Numbered from the stretch's first letter, positions 46,190 through 57,504 are shown. The stretch: DNA of 64,000 bases from Chloroflexota bacterium (GCA_016190445.1 JACPQL010000008.1:3139-67138), one strand, 5' to 3'. Notes: generated by a model from the letters alone, not told the origin. A program made the numbers and translations.

Positions 46190-46999
46190 ATGCAGCAGGT
46201 CATCGCGGCTGAAATACGAACTCAGGCTCCCGCCAGCGAGCAGGCCGGGTGCTACGTCTACTGTGTCGCTCCGGCCATCGAAGCGACGGGCCTGGGGCCC
46301 ACCGGCATCGAGGGCCGGGAGGTCCGCGCCGTAGCGCACAACGGCCTGTGCGCCCTGGTGCACCACTGTCCGGCCCAGCCCTACCAGTCCGACGACGCTG
46401 AGGTGACCGCCTCCTGGGTCCTGGCCCACCACCGGGTGGTGGAGACCGCCTGGAGACGGTGCGGCACGGTGCTCCCCATCACCTTCAACACCATCATCAG
46501 GGCAGAGGAGGGCAGTGCCGAGGAGAGCCTGAGAGCGTGGCTAAATAGGGAATGCCCAAGGCTCGAAGAGAGGCTCCGCTCCCTCGCAGGGAAGGCCGAG
46601 TACGGGGTCCAGCTCTTCTGGAACATCGCGGTCATAGGCAAAAAGGTCGCCCAGGGCAGCCCACAGCTCCGGGCGTTGGAGGAGGAGATACGAAGCAAGT
46701 CGCGGGGCCTTGCCTACATGTACCGCCAGAGACTGGAGCGACTGCTGAGGAGTGAAATGGAGGCCAGGGCGGAGGAGGAGTCCAGAGACCTGTACGCCCG
46801 GCTGGACCGCTGCGTGGAGAGCATCCACATTGAAAGGGCAAAGAGGGACCAGAACGAGCGCCAGATGCTGATGGACCTCTCCTGCCTGGTCTCCGCGGAG
46901 AGGTACCCGGAGCTGGAGGCGGAGCTAAAGAAAGTGGGCCAGAGGGAGGGCCTCTACGTCCGCCTGACAGGGCCCCTGCCCCCCTACAGCTTCTGCTAG
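46190..46999 (+). CDS. gvpL: GvpL/GvpF family protein (third paralog)
   Basis: CYVYCVAP...LCALVHHCP...VLAHHRVVETAWRRCGTVLPITFNT...GPLPPYSFC. Confidence 0.85.
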   Translation: MQQVIAAEIRTQAPASEQAGCYVYCVAPAIEATGLGPTGIEGREVRAVAHNGLCALVHHCPAQPYQSDDAEVTASWVLAHHRVVETAWRRCGTVLPITFNTIIRAEEGSAEESLRAWLNRECPRLEERLRSLAGKAEYGVQLFWNIAVIGKKVAQGSPQLRALEEEIRSKSRGLAYMYRQRLERLLRSEMEARAEEESRDLYARLDRCVESIHIERAKRDQNERQMLMDLSCLVSAERYPELEAELKKVGQREGLYVRLTGPLPPYSFC

Positions 47000-47040
47000 T
47001 GTCCTATAACCGAAATACGTTGAATGAATCAGGGCTCGTG

Positions 47041-47153
47041 CGGGTGCAGGGGCACAGCCCCTGCCGGGGGTCTGGGGGTGTCCCCCAGACATGTTCCTCT
47101 TCCCCCTTTCCCGCTGTGCGGGAGAGGGGGACACAGGGGGTGAGGGTTTTGAG
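47041..47153. repeat. REP-like mosaic between gvpL and the gvpS/M-like gene
   Basis: ggtgcaggggcacagcccc + cgggggtctgggggtgtcccccaga (shared with 36444-36550), then a gggagagggggacacagggggtgagggtttt unit (shared with 26272-26318). Confidence 0.75.
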
Positions 47154-47232
47154 ATAGTCTCTAAAGGCAGCCTCAAAGACTGCCGCCGCAGACGAATCCG
47201 GCAATACTTCGAGTCGGAGTTGGGAGAATATC

Positions 47233-47523
47233 ATGGAGTCCCTGGCACGCCCTCAAGCTACCCTGGTGGACCTGCTGGACCGCGTCCTTGACCGGGGCCT
47301 GGTGCTCAACGCCGACATCATCATCTCCCTTGCCGGTGTCCCCCTCATCGGCATCAACCTGAGGGCCGCCCTGGCGGGAATGGAGACCATGGTCAGACAC
47401 GGTGTCATGACGGAGTGGGACCAGAGCATCCGGGCCCGCGAGACGGAAGCCTCGAAGGTCTCCCAGGCAGCGGCCGGGTGCAACGAGCAGCTTCCTTTAG
47501 CGACGGCAGTGTCGCACCAGTAG
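47233..47523 (+). CDS. GvpA-family minor gas vesicle protein (GvpS/GvpM-like)
   Basis: LVDLLDRVLDRGLVLNADIIISLAGVPLIGINLRAALAGMETM, a GvpA/J/M/S-type core. Confidence 0.8.
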   Translation: MESLARPQATLVDLLDRVLDRGLVLNADIIISLAGVPLIGINLRAALAGMETMVRHGVMTEWDQSIRARETEASKVSQAAAGCNEQLPLATAVSHQ

Positions 47524-47634
47524 TTGCAAGAACTACTTCGGCGTGGAGCAACCACCCTAAGCCAGGGACGGGCAGGCGCCTGTGCAGTGAGCGGACAGAT
47601 GCCAACAGAGCCCAATAGCTTCTCAGGAGAGACG

Positions 47635-49476
47635 ATGGCCAGAGCAATAGGGATTGACCTGGGTACCACCTACACAGTGGTGGCCACCATACAGGAGGGA
47701 CGGCCCCGGACCGTGCCCAACGCCGAGGGCCAGCACCTCACTCCATCGGTGGTCGCCTTCACCAGCGCGGGCGAGCCCCTGGTGGGTCAGCGCGCCAGAC
47801 GCCAGGCCGCGGCCAATCCCCAGGGCACCGTCTTCTCCATCAAGCGCCGCATGGGCTCGGACTATGTGGTGAAGGCTATCGGGAGGGAGTACACACCCCA
47901 GGAGGTCTCTGGCCTCATCCTGCGCAAGGTCAAGGCCGACGCGGAGGAGCGCCTGGGCGAGAGAATAACCCAGGCCGTCATCACCGTGCCCGCGTACTTC
48001 AATGACCGCCAGCGGCAGGCCACCCGGGAGGCGGGCACCTTCGCGGGCCTGGAGGTCCTGAGGATAGTCAACGAGCCCACGGCCGCCGCCCTGGCCTACG
48101 GCCTGGAGCGAGAGGACGTCCACACCGTGCTGGTCTGGGACCTGGGCGGAGGCACCTTCGACGTCTCCATCCTGGAGCTGGGGGAGGGGATCTTCGAGGT
48201 GAGGGCCGTCAGCGGCGATACATGGCTGGGCGGGGATGACTTCGACCAGCGGGTAGCGGACTACCTGGCGGCGGAGTACGAGAAGGTCACCGGCGCCCGT
48301 TTCCCCGCCGACGGGGGCGCAAGGGTGTGGCTGAGAGAGGTGGCGGAGAGGGCCAAGATAGAGCTCTCCTCCTACCCTGTGACCCAGGTACACCTCCCAC
48401 CACTTGGTCCCTGGAGGTGGTCTCAAAAAGGTCCCATCGGCGGGGTGGGTGGATGGGAAAAACTACCTTGGGGTGGGGACTCGCTCAACCACCAGCGCCA
48501 GCTCTGGGCTAGCTCCCGGCAGGTGGAAATAGCGCTTACGCGGGAGCACCTGGAGCGCCTGACCGAGGACCTGCTACGGCGCATGGCGGCCTGCACCCAC
48601 CAGGCCATCGCTGACTCGGGGCTCAGCCCCAACGAGATTGACCGGGTCATCCTGGTGGGGGGCGCCACCAGGATGCCGGCTGTGCGGAGGCTGGCCAGGG
48701 AGGTCATTGGAAAGGAGCCCTACCGGTACATAGACCCTGACGAGGTGGTGGCGGCGGGGGCGGCCATCCAGGCGGGTATGCTCCTGGGGCTCGTCGAGAA
48801 GGCCGTCCTCCTGGACGTTCTCCCCCTCTCGCTGGGAGTAGAGACACAGGGAGGACTCGCGGCCAGGATCATCCCCAGGAACTCTCCTCTGCCAGCATCA
48901 GGCGCCCGCATCTTCACCACGGCGGCGGACTACCAGCCTTCCATGGACGTCCACGTTCTCCAGGGCGAGCGCGAGCTGGCGCTGGACAACATATCCCTGG
49001 GCCAGTTCCAGCTTAGCGGCATCCCTCCGGCTCCCCGAGGGGTGGCCAAGGTGGAGGTGGCCTTCGAGGCCGATGTGGACGGCATCGTCCACGTCTCCGC
49101 CACGGAACTCCTGAGCGAGAGCGAGATGAGGGTGAAAGTCGCCTCCACCAAACACCTGGACCCCAGGGAGATCGGGAGCCTGGCCAATGAGGCCCTGCAC
49201 CATGCCGAGGAGGACAGGGAAAAACGCCAGCGAATTGAGGCGATCATCGAAGCCGAGGGCCTGATGGCCGCGGGGGAGATGCTCCTGAAGGAGCTGGTGA
49301 GGCCGCCGACGGGCCCCCAGTCGCAGAGGACCACGCAGGCATTGGCCAAGCTCAGGGAGGCCATGGCCTGGGGCCTACCCGAGGAGATGAGGGGCCAGAG
49401 CCGTGAGCTGCGCCAGCTCCTGGCGGAGGCGCACAAGGAGGAGCGGCGACCCTCCAAGTCTGTGGGCTCCGGCTAG
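47635..49476 (+). CDS. Hsp70/DnaK-family chaperone paralog with an atypical insertion
   Basis: IGIDLGTTYTVVA, VITVPAYFND, DLGGGTFDVS, VGGATRMPAV and a substrate-binding domain (VLLDVLPLSLGVE). Start trimmed to ATG 47635, behind AGGAGA. A W/G-rich insert lies at about 48391-48525. Confidence 0.85.
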   Translation: MARAIGIDLGTTYTVVATIQEGRPRTVPNAEGQHLTPSVVAFTSAGEPLVGQRARRQAAANPQGTVFSIKRRMGSDYVVKAIGREYTPQEVSGLILRKVKADAEERLGERITQAVITVPAYFNDRQRQATREAGTFAGLEVLRIVNEPTAAALAYGLEREDVHTVLVWDLGGGTFDVSILELGEGIFEVRAVSGDTWLGGDDFDQRVADYLAAEYEKVTGARFPADGGARVWLREVAERAKIELSSYPVTQVHLPPLGPWRWSQKGPIGGVGGWEKLPWGGDSLNHQRQLWASSRQVEIALTREHLERLTEDLLRRMAACTHQAIADSGLSPNEIDRVILVGGATRMPAVRRLAREVIGKEPYRYIDPDEVVAAGAAIQAGMLLGLVEKAVLLDVLPLSLGVETQGGLAARIIPRNSPLPASGARIFTTAADYQPSMDVHVLQGERELALDNISLGQFQLSGIPPAPRGVAKVEVAFEADVDGIVHVSATELLSESEMRVKVASTKHLDPREIGSLANEALHHAEEDREKRQRIEAIIEAEGLMAAGEMLLKELVRPPTGPQSQRTTQALAKLREAMAWGLPEEMRGQSRELRQLLAEAHKEERRPSKSVGSG

Positions 49477-49529
49477 CAGGGTAGTGGAGCGCAACAGCAG
49501 GGCCTTTCGGTTATTCGAGTCAGAGTTCA

Positions 49530-49830
49530 AGCCGCTCATGATGAGAGGCTGTAACCTATCAGTCCCTTCCCCCTTCGTGGGGGAAAGTCCTTAGTCCTCC
49601 CCCATCAAGGGGGAGAAAAGAACCGCAACCGCTGAGCTCCGACAAAGTCTGAGCTCAGTACGAGCGGGAGGCCTCGCCTAGCAGGTTGCTGAAAAAGGGG
49701 TGTGCAGAGAGGCAAAGCCCTGGAGCTTGCCCTGAGCGCAGCCGAAGGGCCGGGGGAACTGGGGTCCGATGAGCTTTGCTCACCGAGACTCTCGGCAAAG
49801 TCGGAGGTGTCCCCCAGCCGGGCGGTGCCC
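49530..49830. repeat. REP-like mosaic between the Hsp70 paralog and the HTH-sHsp gene
   Basis: Hairpins ttccccc/ggggga, cctccccc/gggggag and ctgagctc/gagctcag. A stretch of about 70 nt (49680-49750) is nearly identical to 25849-25918. Confidence 0.75.
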
Positions 49831-49913
49831 GGAGCCGCGCTTCACAGTCGAGATATCGGGGCATGCCCATGCTTGCGCTGAGAGGGCGCGGGTGCCCCGA
49901 AGGGACACATGTA

Positions 49914-49942
49914 TTGAACTATGTATATACTTATGTTACCAT
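49914..49942 (+). promoter_or_regulatory. Sigma70-like promoter placing the transcription start at or next to the ATG of the HTH-sHsp gene, with a palindrome in the spacer
   Basis: TTGAAC (49914-49919), 17-nt spacer, TACCAT (49937-49942). The ATG lies 7 nt downstream with no SD sequence. The spacer contains the palindrome GTATATAC (49923-49930). Confidence 0.4.
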
Positions 49943-49948
49943 ACGGCT

Positions 49949-50680
49949 ATGGAGTCGCGGCGCATCCGAGAGCTTCGCCACGGGCTGGGCCTCTCCCAGG
50001 AGAGGTTCGCCCAGCTATTGGGCGTCTCTTTGCAGACCGTACGGCGCTGGGAGGGTGGCCTGACAAGACCCCTGCCCATCATCAGCCTGAGGCTGGAGAA
50101 GTTGGCGAGACAGGCAGGCACGGCTAAGCGGGGCATCCCAAAGGCGGGAGGTATCCCCATGAGGAAAACGGGCGTGGCGCCGGGTGGCTTCGGCCTTGGA
50201 GGGCTTTTCAAGGGCATCGGCAGCCTCCTCGACCTTCTCTCCCAGATGGCCGAGGAGGGCCAGGAAGAGCACGCCCGCTCCGGAGAGAGGGAGGCACTGG
50301 GAGGCAGAGCAAAAGGGGTGTACGGCTTCAGCGTGCGGATGGGGCTGGGCGGAAAGCCAGTCATCCAGCAGTTCGGCAACGTCCGTGAGACGGAAGTGGG
50401 GCCGGTGGTGGCGGACACGCGGGAGCCGCTGGTGGACGTGATGGACGAGGGCGACCGGCTGGTCGTCATCGCCGAACTCCCCGGCGTGGAGGAAAAGGAC
50501 GTCCGTATCAAGGTGGAGGGCGACGCCCTGGATATCTCCGCCGCCACCGGGGGGCGAAGGTACCACAAGGAGGTCCCGCTGCCCTCGGCGATGGACGCGG
50601 CCACCCTCCAGTCCTCTTACAGGAACGGCATCCTTGAGATAAAGCTGGCGAAAGGCGCAGCGAACGACGGCGCTGTTTAG
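49949..50680 (+). CDS. Fusion protein: N-terminal XRE-type HTH plus C-terminal GvpH-like Hsp20/alpha-crystallin domain
   Basis: HTH region IRELRHGLGLSQERFAQLLGVSLQTVRRWEGG. ACD region VDVMDEGDRLVVIAELPGVEEKDVRIKVEGDALDI...SSYRNGILEIKLAK. The linker resembles the GvpH N-terminal region at 45261. Confidence 0.75.
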   Translation: MESRRIRELRHGLGLSQERFAQLLGVSLQTVRRWEGGLTRPLPIISLRLEKLARQAGTAKRGIPKAGGIPMRKTGVAPGGFGLGGLFKGIGSLLDLLSQMAEEGQEEHARSGEREALGGRAKGVYGFSVRMGLGGKPVIQQFGNVRETEVGPVVADTREPLVDVMDEGDRLVVIAELPGVEEKDVRIKVEGDALDISAATGGRRYHKEVPLPSAMDAATLQSSYRNGILEIKLAKGAANDGAV

Positions 50681-50687
50681 CGGGGTG

Positions 50688-50780
50688 CGGAAAAGGGGAG
50701 GTGCAGTCCCGGACAGGTCGGGATTGCCGGGCCCTGGGGTGTCCCCAGAAAACCTTTCGAGGGCGGGCGGGTGGGAAGAT
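50688..50780. repeat. REP-like mosaic upstream of the Cdc48-like gene
   Basis: ctggggtgtccccagaaaacctttcgagggcgggcgggtgggaag matches the right half of 36444-36550. Confidence 0.7.
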
Positions 50781-50824
50781 GTCGGTTGTACACGAGGATG
50801 TCAACAAAGCCAAGCAACTTCTAG

Positions 50825-53652
<2,828 letters not shown>

Positions 53653-53658
53653 GGCGGG

Positions 53659-54585
53659 CTAGCTGGCTTTCAAGACCAATCGGTACTGCCTGGGCTCGAG
53701 CCGCTGGGCCGCTTGGCCCGGCGACGCGGGACTCTGCTCATCTTCAGGGGGCTTCAGCCTCTCCCCGGTGAACGGCTCCTCCACTACCTTTGCCACCTCG
53801 GGTAGCTCGGTCAGCATCCGGAACAGGGGAACGGGCTCGCGGAAATTCACACTCACCACCGTGTCCCCTCCCCAGGACGCCTTGATCCTCCGCACATCGC
53901 CCTTTACTACCTCCCTCAGCCACTGCTGGAACCTAAGCACGTTCTTCGGCTCCGCAGGAGCGGCAAGCACCAGGTCCACATCAGAGGCCAACTGGTCGCC
54001 GGCACCCGTGGGCTTGGCATCTTCCGGTCCCGCCTTTTCCTCAGGCGGCTGGCCCACGGCTTGCTCGGCCACCGGCCTCTCCTCCACAGTGGTGGTGGTC
54101 ACTGGAGCATCGGCGGGGGGGGCAACTGCACTGCTGGGGACACCCTCCACCCCAGGCCCCAGCTTCCTGAACCCCTGTAGCAGCTTGGCTGCCATGAAAT
54201 GTGAAACGAGGAGACCCCCCCTGGCGACGAAGTGAATGGCCTGGACAACCTGGTCTGCCTCCGAATCTTTCAACAGGTACCCTCGGGCGCCTGCCTGGAG
54301 GGCACTGACCAGGTCTGCCTCCGCCTCCGAGACGGTGAACATCAGAATGTTCACACCGGGCATCTCGGCCTTTAGCCGCCGTGTCGCTTCAACGCCATTG
54401 CAGTTGGGCATGTACAGGTCCATTAGGACCACATGGGGGTTGCTCGTCCTGGCCTTCTCCACCGCCTCGTTCCCGTCAGAGGCCTCCTCCACAATCTCCA
54501 GGGTTTCCTCGTTGACAATCCTCTCCATCAGTGCCCAGCGGAGGGGCACATTGTCATCAACAATCAAGACCCTTATCTTGTCCAT
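53659..54585 (-). CDS. Response regulator (REC) with P/A-rich linker and an unrecognised C-terminal domain
   Basis: REC domain RVLIVDDN...VVLMDLYMPNCNG...ILMFTVSEAE...GARGYLLKD. No LuxR/OmpR-type HTH is visible. Start at ATG 54585, behind GGGAGGG. Confidence 0.8.
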   Translation of the reverse strand: MDKIRVLIVDDNVPLRWALMERIVNEETLEIVEEASDGNEAVEKARTSNPHVVLMDLYMPNCNGVEATRRLKAEMPGVNILMFTVSEAEADLVSALQAGARGYLLKDSEADQVVQAIHFVARGGLLVSHFMAAKLLQGFRKLGPGVEGVPSSAVAPPADAPVTTTTVEERPVAEQAVGQPPEEKAGPEDAKPTGAGDQLASDVDLVLAAPAEPKNVLRFQQWLREVVKGDVRRIKASWGGDTVVSVNFREPVPLFRMLTELPEVAKVVEEPFTGERLKPPEDEQSPASPGQAAQRLEPRQYRLVLKAS

Positions 54586-54674
54586 TTGGGCACCCTCCCT
54601 GCCGGGGCGGTGCTGCAACCCCGATTCCTCCACCTTCCCCGAGGGCAACGGACTTCGCCTGTCCAGGGGACTGG

Positions 54675-54696
54675 CTCACACTTTTCTCACACTTTT
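54675..54696. promoter_or_regulatory. Perfect tandem 11-nt direct repeat (CTCACACTTTT x2) in the leader of the response regulator gene
   Basis: Copies at 54675-54685 and 54686-54696 are identical. They lie immediately downstream (in the minus-strand sense) of the predicted -10. Confidence 0.45.
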
Positions 54697-54706
54697 ACGG
54701 TTGCAC

Positions 54707-54735
54707 ATGTTAAATACCAGAGGACGTTTATGCAA
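54707..54735 (-). promoter_or_regulatory. Sigma70-like promoter of the response regulator gene
   Basis: Minus strand reads TTGCAT, 17-nt spacer, TAACAT, in a locally AT-rich patch. Confidence 0.45.
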
Positions 54736-54838
54736 GCCACAATCGCATGCACCGTGTGGGACCGCAAGGACTAACGACCAACGGGAGTGAAGGCCCCTTT
54801 GCCAAACCGAGGTCTTCCAGCGCGCATCCCGAAATGCA

Positions 54839-54915
54839 GGCTCGCCCTTCGACAGGTCCGACCCCCACCGGTCGGGGTCGAGACTCCGATGAAGTCGGAG
54901 TTCACCATGAGCGGC
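54839..54915. repeat. REP-like unit, homolog of 42338-42434
   Basis: ggctcgcccttcgacaggtccgac...gagactccgatgaagtcggagttcaccatgagcggc. Confidence 0.75.
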
Positions 54916-54993
54916 CCATTTTGGGGATGACCTCTAGCCAGCGGGCGTGGAACAAGCGTAGTTCCACATGGGGTGTGCTTCCTCAGGGACTAT

Positions 54994-57276
54994 CTATGCC
55001 TGGTCCTGGGGAGGCAGTATGCCCTTCTTCCGCTCCACATCGGCCACGATCTCCCGGGTCCGGTCAATCATGTCCGGGCTCACCGATATGGAGGTGATCC
55101 CCCAGTCCACCAAGGCCTTAGTTAGCTCCGGGTAAAAGGAGGGGGCCTGTCCGCAGATGGAGCAGGTAACTTCCCATTGGACGGCTGTGGTGACGATCTC
55201 TTGCAGGGCTTTTTTCACCGCCGGGTGGCGCTCGTCGAACAGCTCCGCCAGCATACTGTTGTCCCGGTCACACCCCAGTATTAGCTGGGTTAGGTCGTTG
55301 GAGCCGATGGATATGCCGTCAATGCCCACCTTCAGGAACTCCTCCAGCAGCAGCACATTGGAAGGCACCTCAGCCATCATCCAGAGTTTGATGCCCTTCT
55401 CACGGCTCAACCCGAACCTTTCCAGAGCCTCCTTGACCCCGGCCAGCTCCTCCGGAGTTCGCACAAACGGCAGCATGACGTAGACATTGTCGTACTGCTG
55501 GACCACCGACTTCAGGGCATCCACCTCCAGCCGGAAGGTCTCCATGTCCCGCAGGTAGCGGGAGCAGCCCCGGAAGCCGATCATGGGGTTCTCTTCCTGG
55601 GGCTCGTAGGCCTCACCCCCCTTGAGGTTGCGGTACTCGTTGGTCTTGAAGTCTGAGGTGCGGTACACCACGGGCCTGGGGTAAAAGGCCGCGGCGAACT
55701 TGACAATACCTTCGGCCAGCTTCTGGGACCAGTGGTGCCCTCTACCCTGCTCCAGCATGTAGCGAGGGTGCTCGCCGATGTGGGCGATGATGAACTCGGC
55801 CCGAAGCAGGCCTACGCCATCCACGTCCCGCTGCGCCACTACATCGGCCAGCTCTGGGTCGGCCAGGTTGACATACACCCTGGTGCGTGTCTTGTAGCGA
55901 CGCCTCGTCGTGACCTGGGCCTCCTGGGGGAGAGCCACCTTCCCCTCGTACACCTGCCCGTGGGTGCCATCCACAGTCACGACGGTCCCGCTGACCAGAC
56001 GCCGAGTGGCATTGCCCGCACCCACCACGCAGGGTATGCCCAGCTCCCGGCTCACGATGGCGGCGTGACAGGTGCGTCCCCCTTTGTCGGTCACGATGGC
56101 CACGGCCCGCTTCATGGCCGGCACAAAGTCCGGCGTGGTCATCTCCGCCACCAGGACGTCTCCCCGCTTCACTCTCTCCATCTCCCCCACGCCACTGATG
56201 ACCATGGCCGGGCCACTGGCGGCCCCGGGGCTGGCCCCAGCCCCCTTGGCCAGTACCAGGCCCTCAAGCTGCAACCCGCCCGTCTGTCCGTCCCCCAGGG
56301 TGGTAATGGGCCTGCACTGGAGCACGTACAGCCTACCACCCTCCTGGGCCCACTCGATGTCCTGAGGATAACTGTTGGCCTCCTCCAACTGGCGACCGAT
56401 GCGCGCCAACTCCACAATAGCCTCGTCGGGTAGCTTCTGTGCCCTTCGCCGCTCACCGGAGACGTCCACCCAGATGTTGGCCTCCTCCTTGCCGCCCAGT
56501 CGGCCTGGGTTGCGGATCAGCATGCGCTCCTGAGAAACGATATGCTTCTCCAGGACGCGGAGCGTCCCTTTTCCAACCACGTACCGGTCCGGGGTGAGGA
56601 CGCCGGAGACGACACCCTCTCCCAGGCCGAACACAGCCTCAATCTCCATTCGGGTGCGGTCGCTGGAGACCGGGTCCGCGGTGAACATGACTCCGGAGAC
56701 CTCGGACTGGACCATCCGCTGCACCACCACGGCGATGGCGGTGGAGAGGTGGTCGTAGCCCTGCTCGCAGCGGTAGAAGATGGCCCGCGCCTCGAAGAGG
56801 GAGGCCCAGCAACCCTGGATGGCCGTCAGCAGGTCCGCCTCTCCGCTCACGTTAAGGAAGGTGGCCTGCTGGCCCGCAAAAGACGCCTCCGGCAGGTCCT
56901 CGGCGGTAGCGGAGGAGCGCACCGCCACCAGACCGCCGCCCAGCTTCCGGTACGCCTCCACCGCCTCACGAGCGATGTCATCTGGAAAGGGAGCGCTGGA
57001 GACAAAACCCTTGATGCGGGAAGAGGCGCTCTCCAGAACAGCGCCCTCGTTGTGGTCCAGACTGTGGAGGATCCGGCTGATGGTCTCGGTGAGGGATGAA
57101 TCGCGGAGGAAACGGGAGTAGGCGTCAGTGGTCACTATGAACCCGGGGGGCACCGGCGCGCCCGCCTCGGTCAACGCGCCCAGGCTGGCGCCCTTGCCGC
57201 CCGCCTGGGCTACATCTGCTTTGCCCACCTCCCCAAACCACAGCACCACCCTATCCCCGGTGCCTCTCGGCATCAT
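54994..57276 (-). CDS. ppsA: Phosphoenolpyruvate synthase (pyruvate, water dikinase)
   Basis: 760 aa. N-terminal ATP-grasp (GGKGASLG), phosphohistidine domain (GGRTCHAAIVSRELGIPCVVG), and PEP-utilising C-terminus (GISIGSNDLTQL). Confidence 0.92.
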   Translation of the reverse strand: MMPRGTGDRVVLWFGEVGKADVAQAGGKGASLGALTEAGAPVPPGFIVTTDAYSRFLRDSSLTETISRILHSLDHNEGAVLESASSRIKGFVSSAPFPDDIAREAVEAYRKLGGGLVAVRSSATAEDLPEASFAGQQATFLNVSGEADLLTAIQGCWASLFEARAIFYRCEQGYDHLSTAIAVVVQRMVQSEVSGVMFTADPVSSDRTRMEIEAVFGLGEGVVSGVLTPDRYVVGKGTLRVLEKHIVSQERMLIRNPGRLGGKEEANIWVDVSGERRRAQKLPDEAIVELARIGRQLEEANSYPQDIEWAQEGGRLYVLQCRPITTLGDGQTGGLQLEGLVLAKGAGASPGAASGPAMVISGVGEMERVKRGDVLVAEMTTPDFVPAMKRAVAIVTDKGGRTCHAAIVSRELGIPCVVGAGNATRRLVSGTVVTVDGTHGQVYEGKVALPQEAQVTTRRRYKTRTRVYVNLADPELADVVAQRDVDGVGLLRAEFIIAHIGEHPRYMLEQGRGHHWSQKLAEGIVKFAAAFYPRPVVYRTSDFKTNEYRNLKGGEAYEPQEENPMIGFRGCSRYLRDMETFRLEVDALKSVVQQYDNVYVMLPFVRTPEELAGVKEALERFGLSREKGIKLWMMAEVPSNVLLLEEFLKVGIDGISIGSNDLTQLILGCDRDNSMLAELFDERHPAVKKALQEIVTTAVQWEVTCSICGQAPSFYPELTKALVDWGITSISVSPDMIDRTREIVADVERKKGILPPQDQA

Positions 57277-57477
57277 CTCCTGCCCCCTGCCTTTGGACTG
57301 ATGATCTAGTACAGCGGGGCAAGCAACTTCGCTGCGGCCGTACCACCCCGCTATCGTGCAGGCACACTTACGGCGCGATTATACCACACTCCGAGATGGC
57401 GACCAGACAGTCACAGCCTCACCCGTGACCGCGCTGGGGCGGAGAAAAAGGAGAGTAAGGTACCGGCCCACTAGAGG

Positions 57478-57504
57478 TCGCTGAAAAACGGAGTTTTTCA
57501 GCGA
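57478..57504. terminator. Perfect 12-bp hairpin between the small ORF and ppsA
   Basis: tcgctgaaaaac-gga-gtttttcagcga. No clear U-tract on either strand, so a terminator role is tentative. Confidence 0.3.

Noticed and set aside
48391-48525. The Hsp70 insertion considered as an intein or a compensated double frameshift.
   Set aside because: It is far too short for an intein and has no intein splice motifs. Neither alternative frame restores canonical DnaK sequence (one gives PPTTWSLEVVSKRSHRRGG..., the other hits a stop), so an in-frame insertion is the simplest reading.
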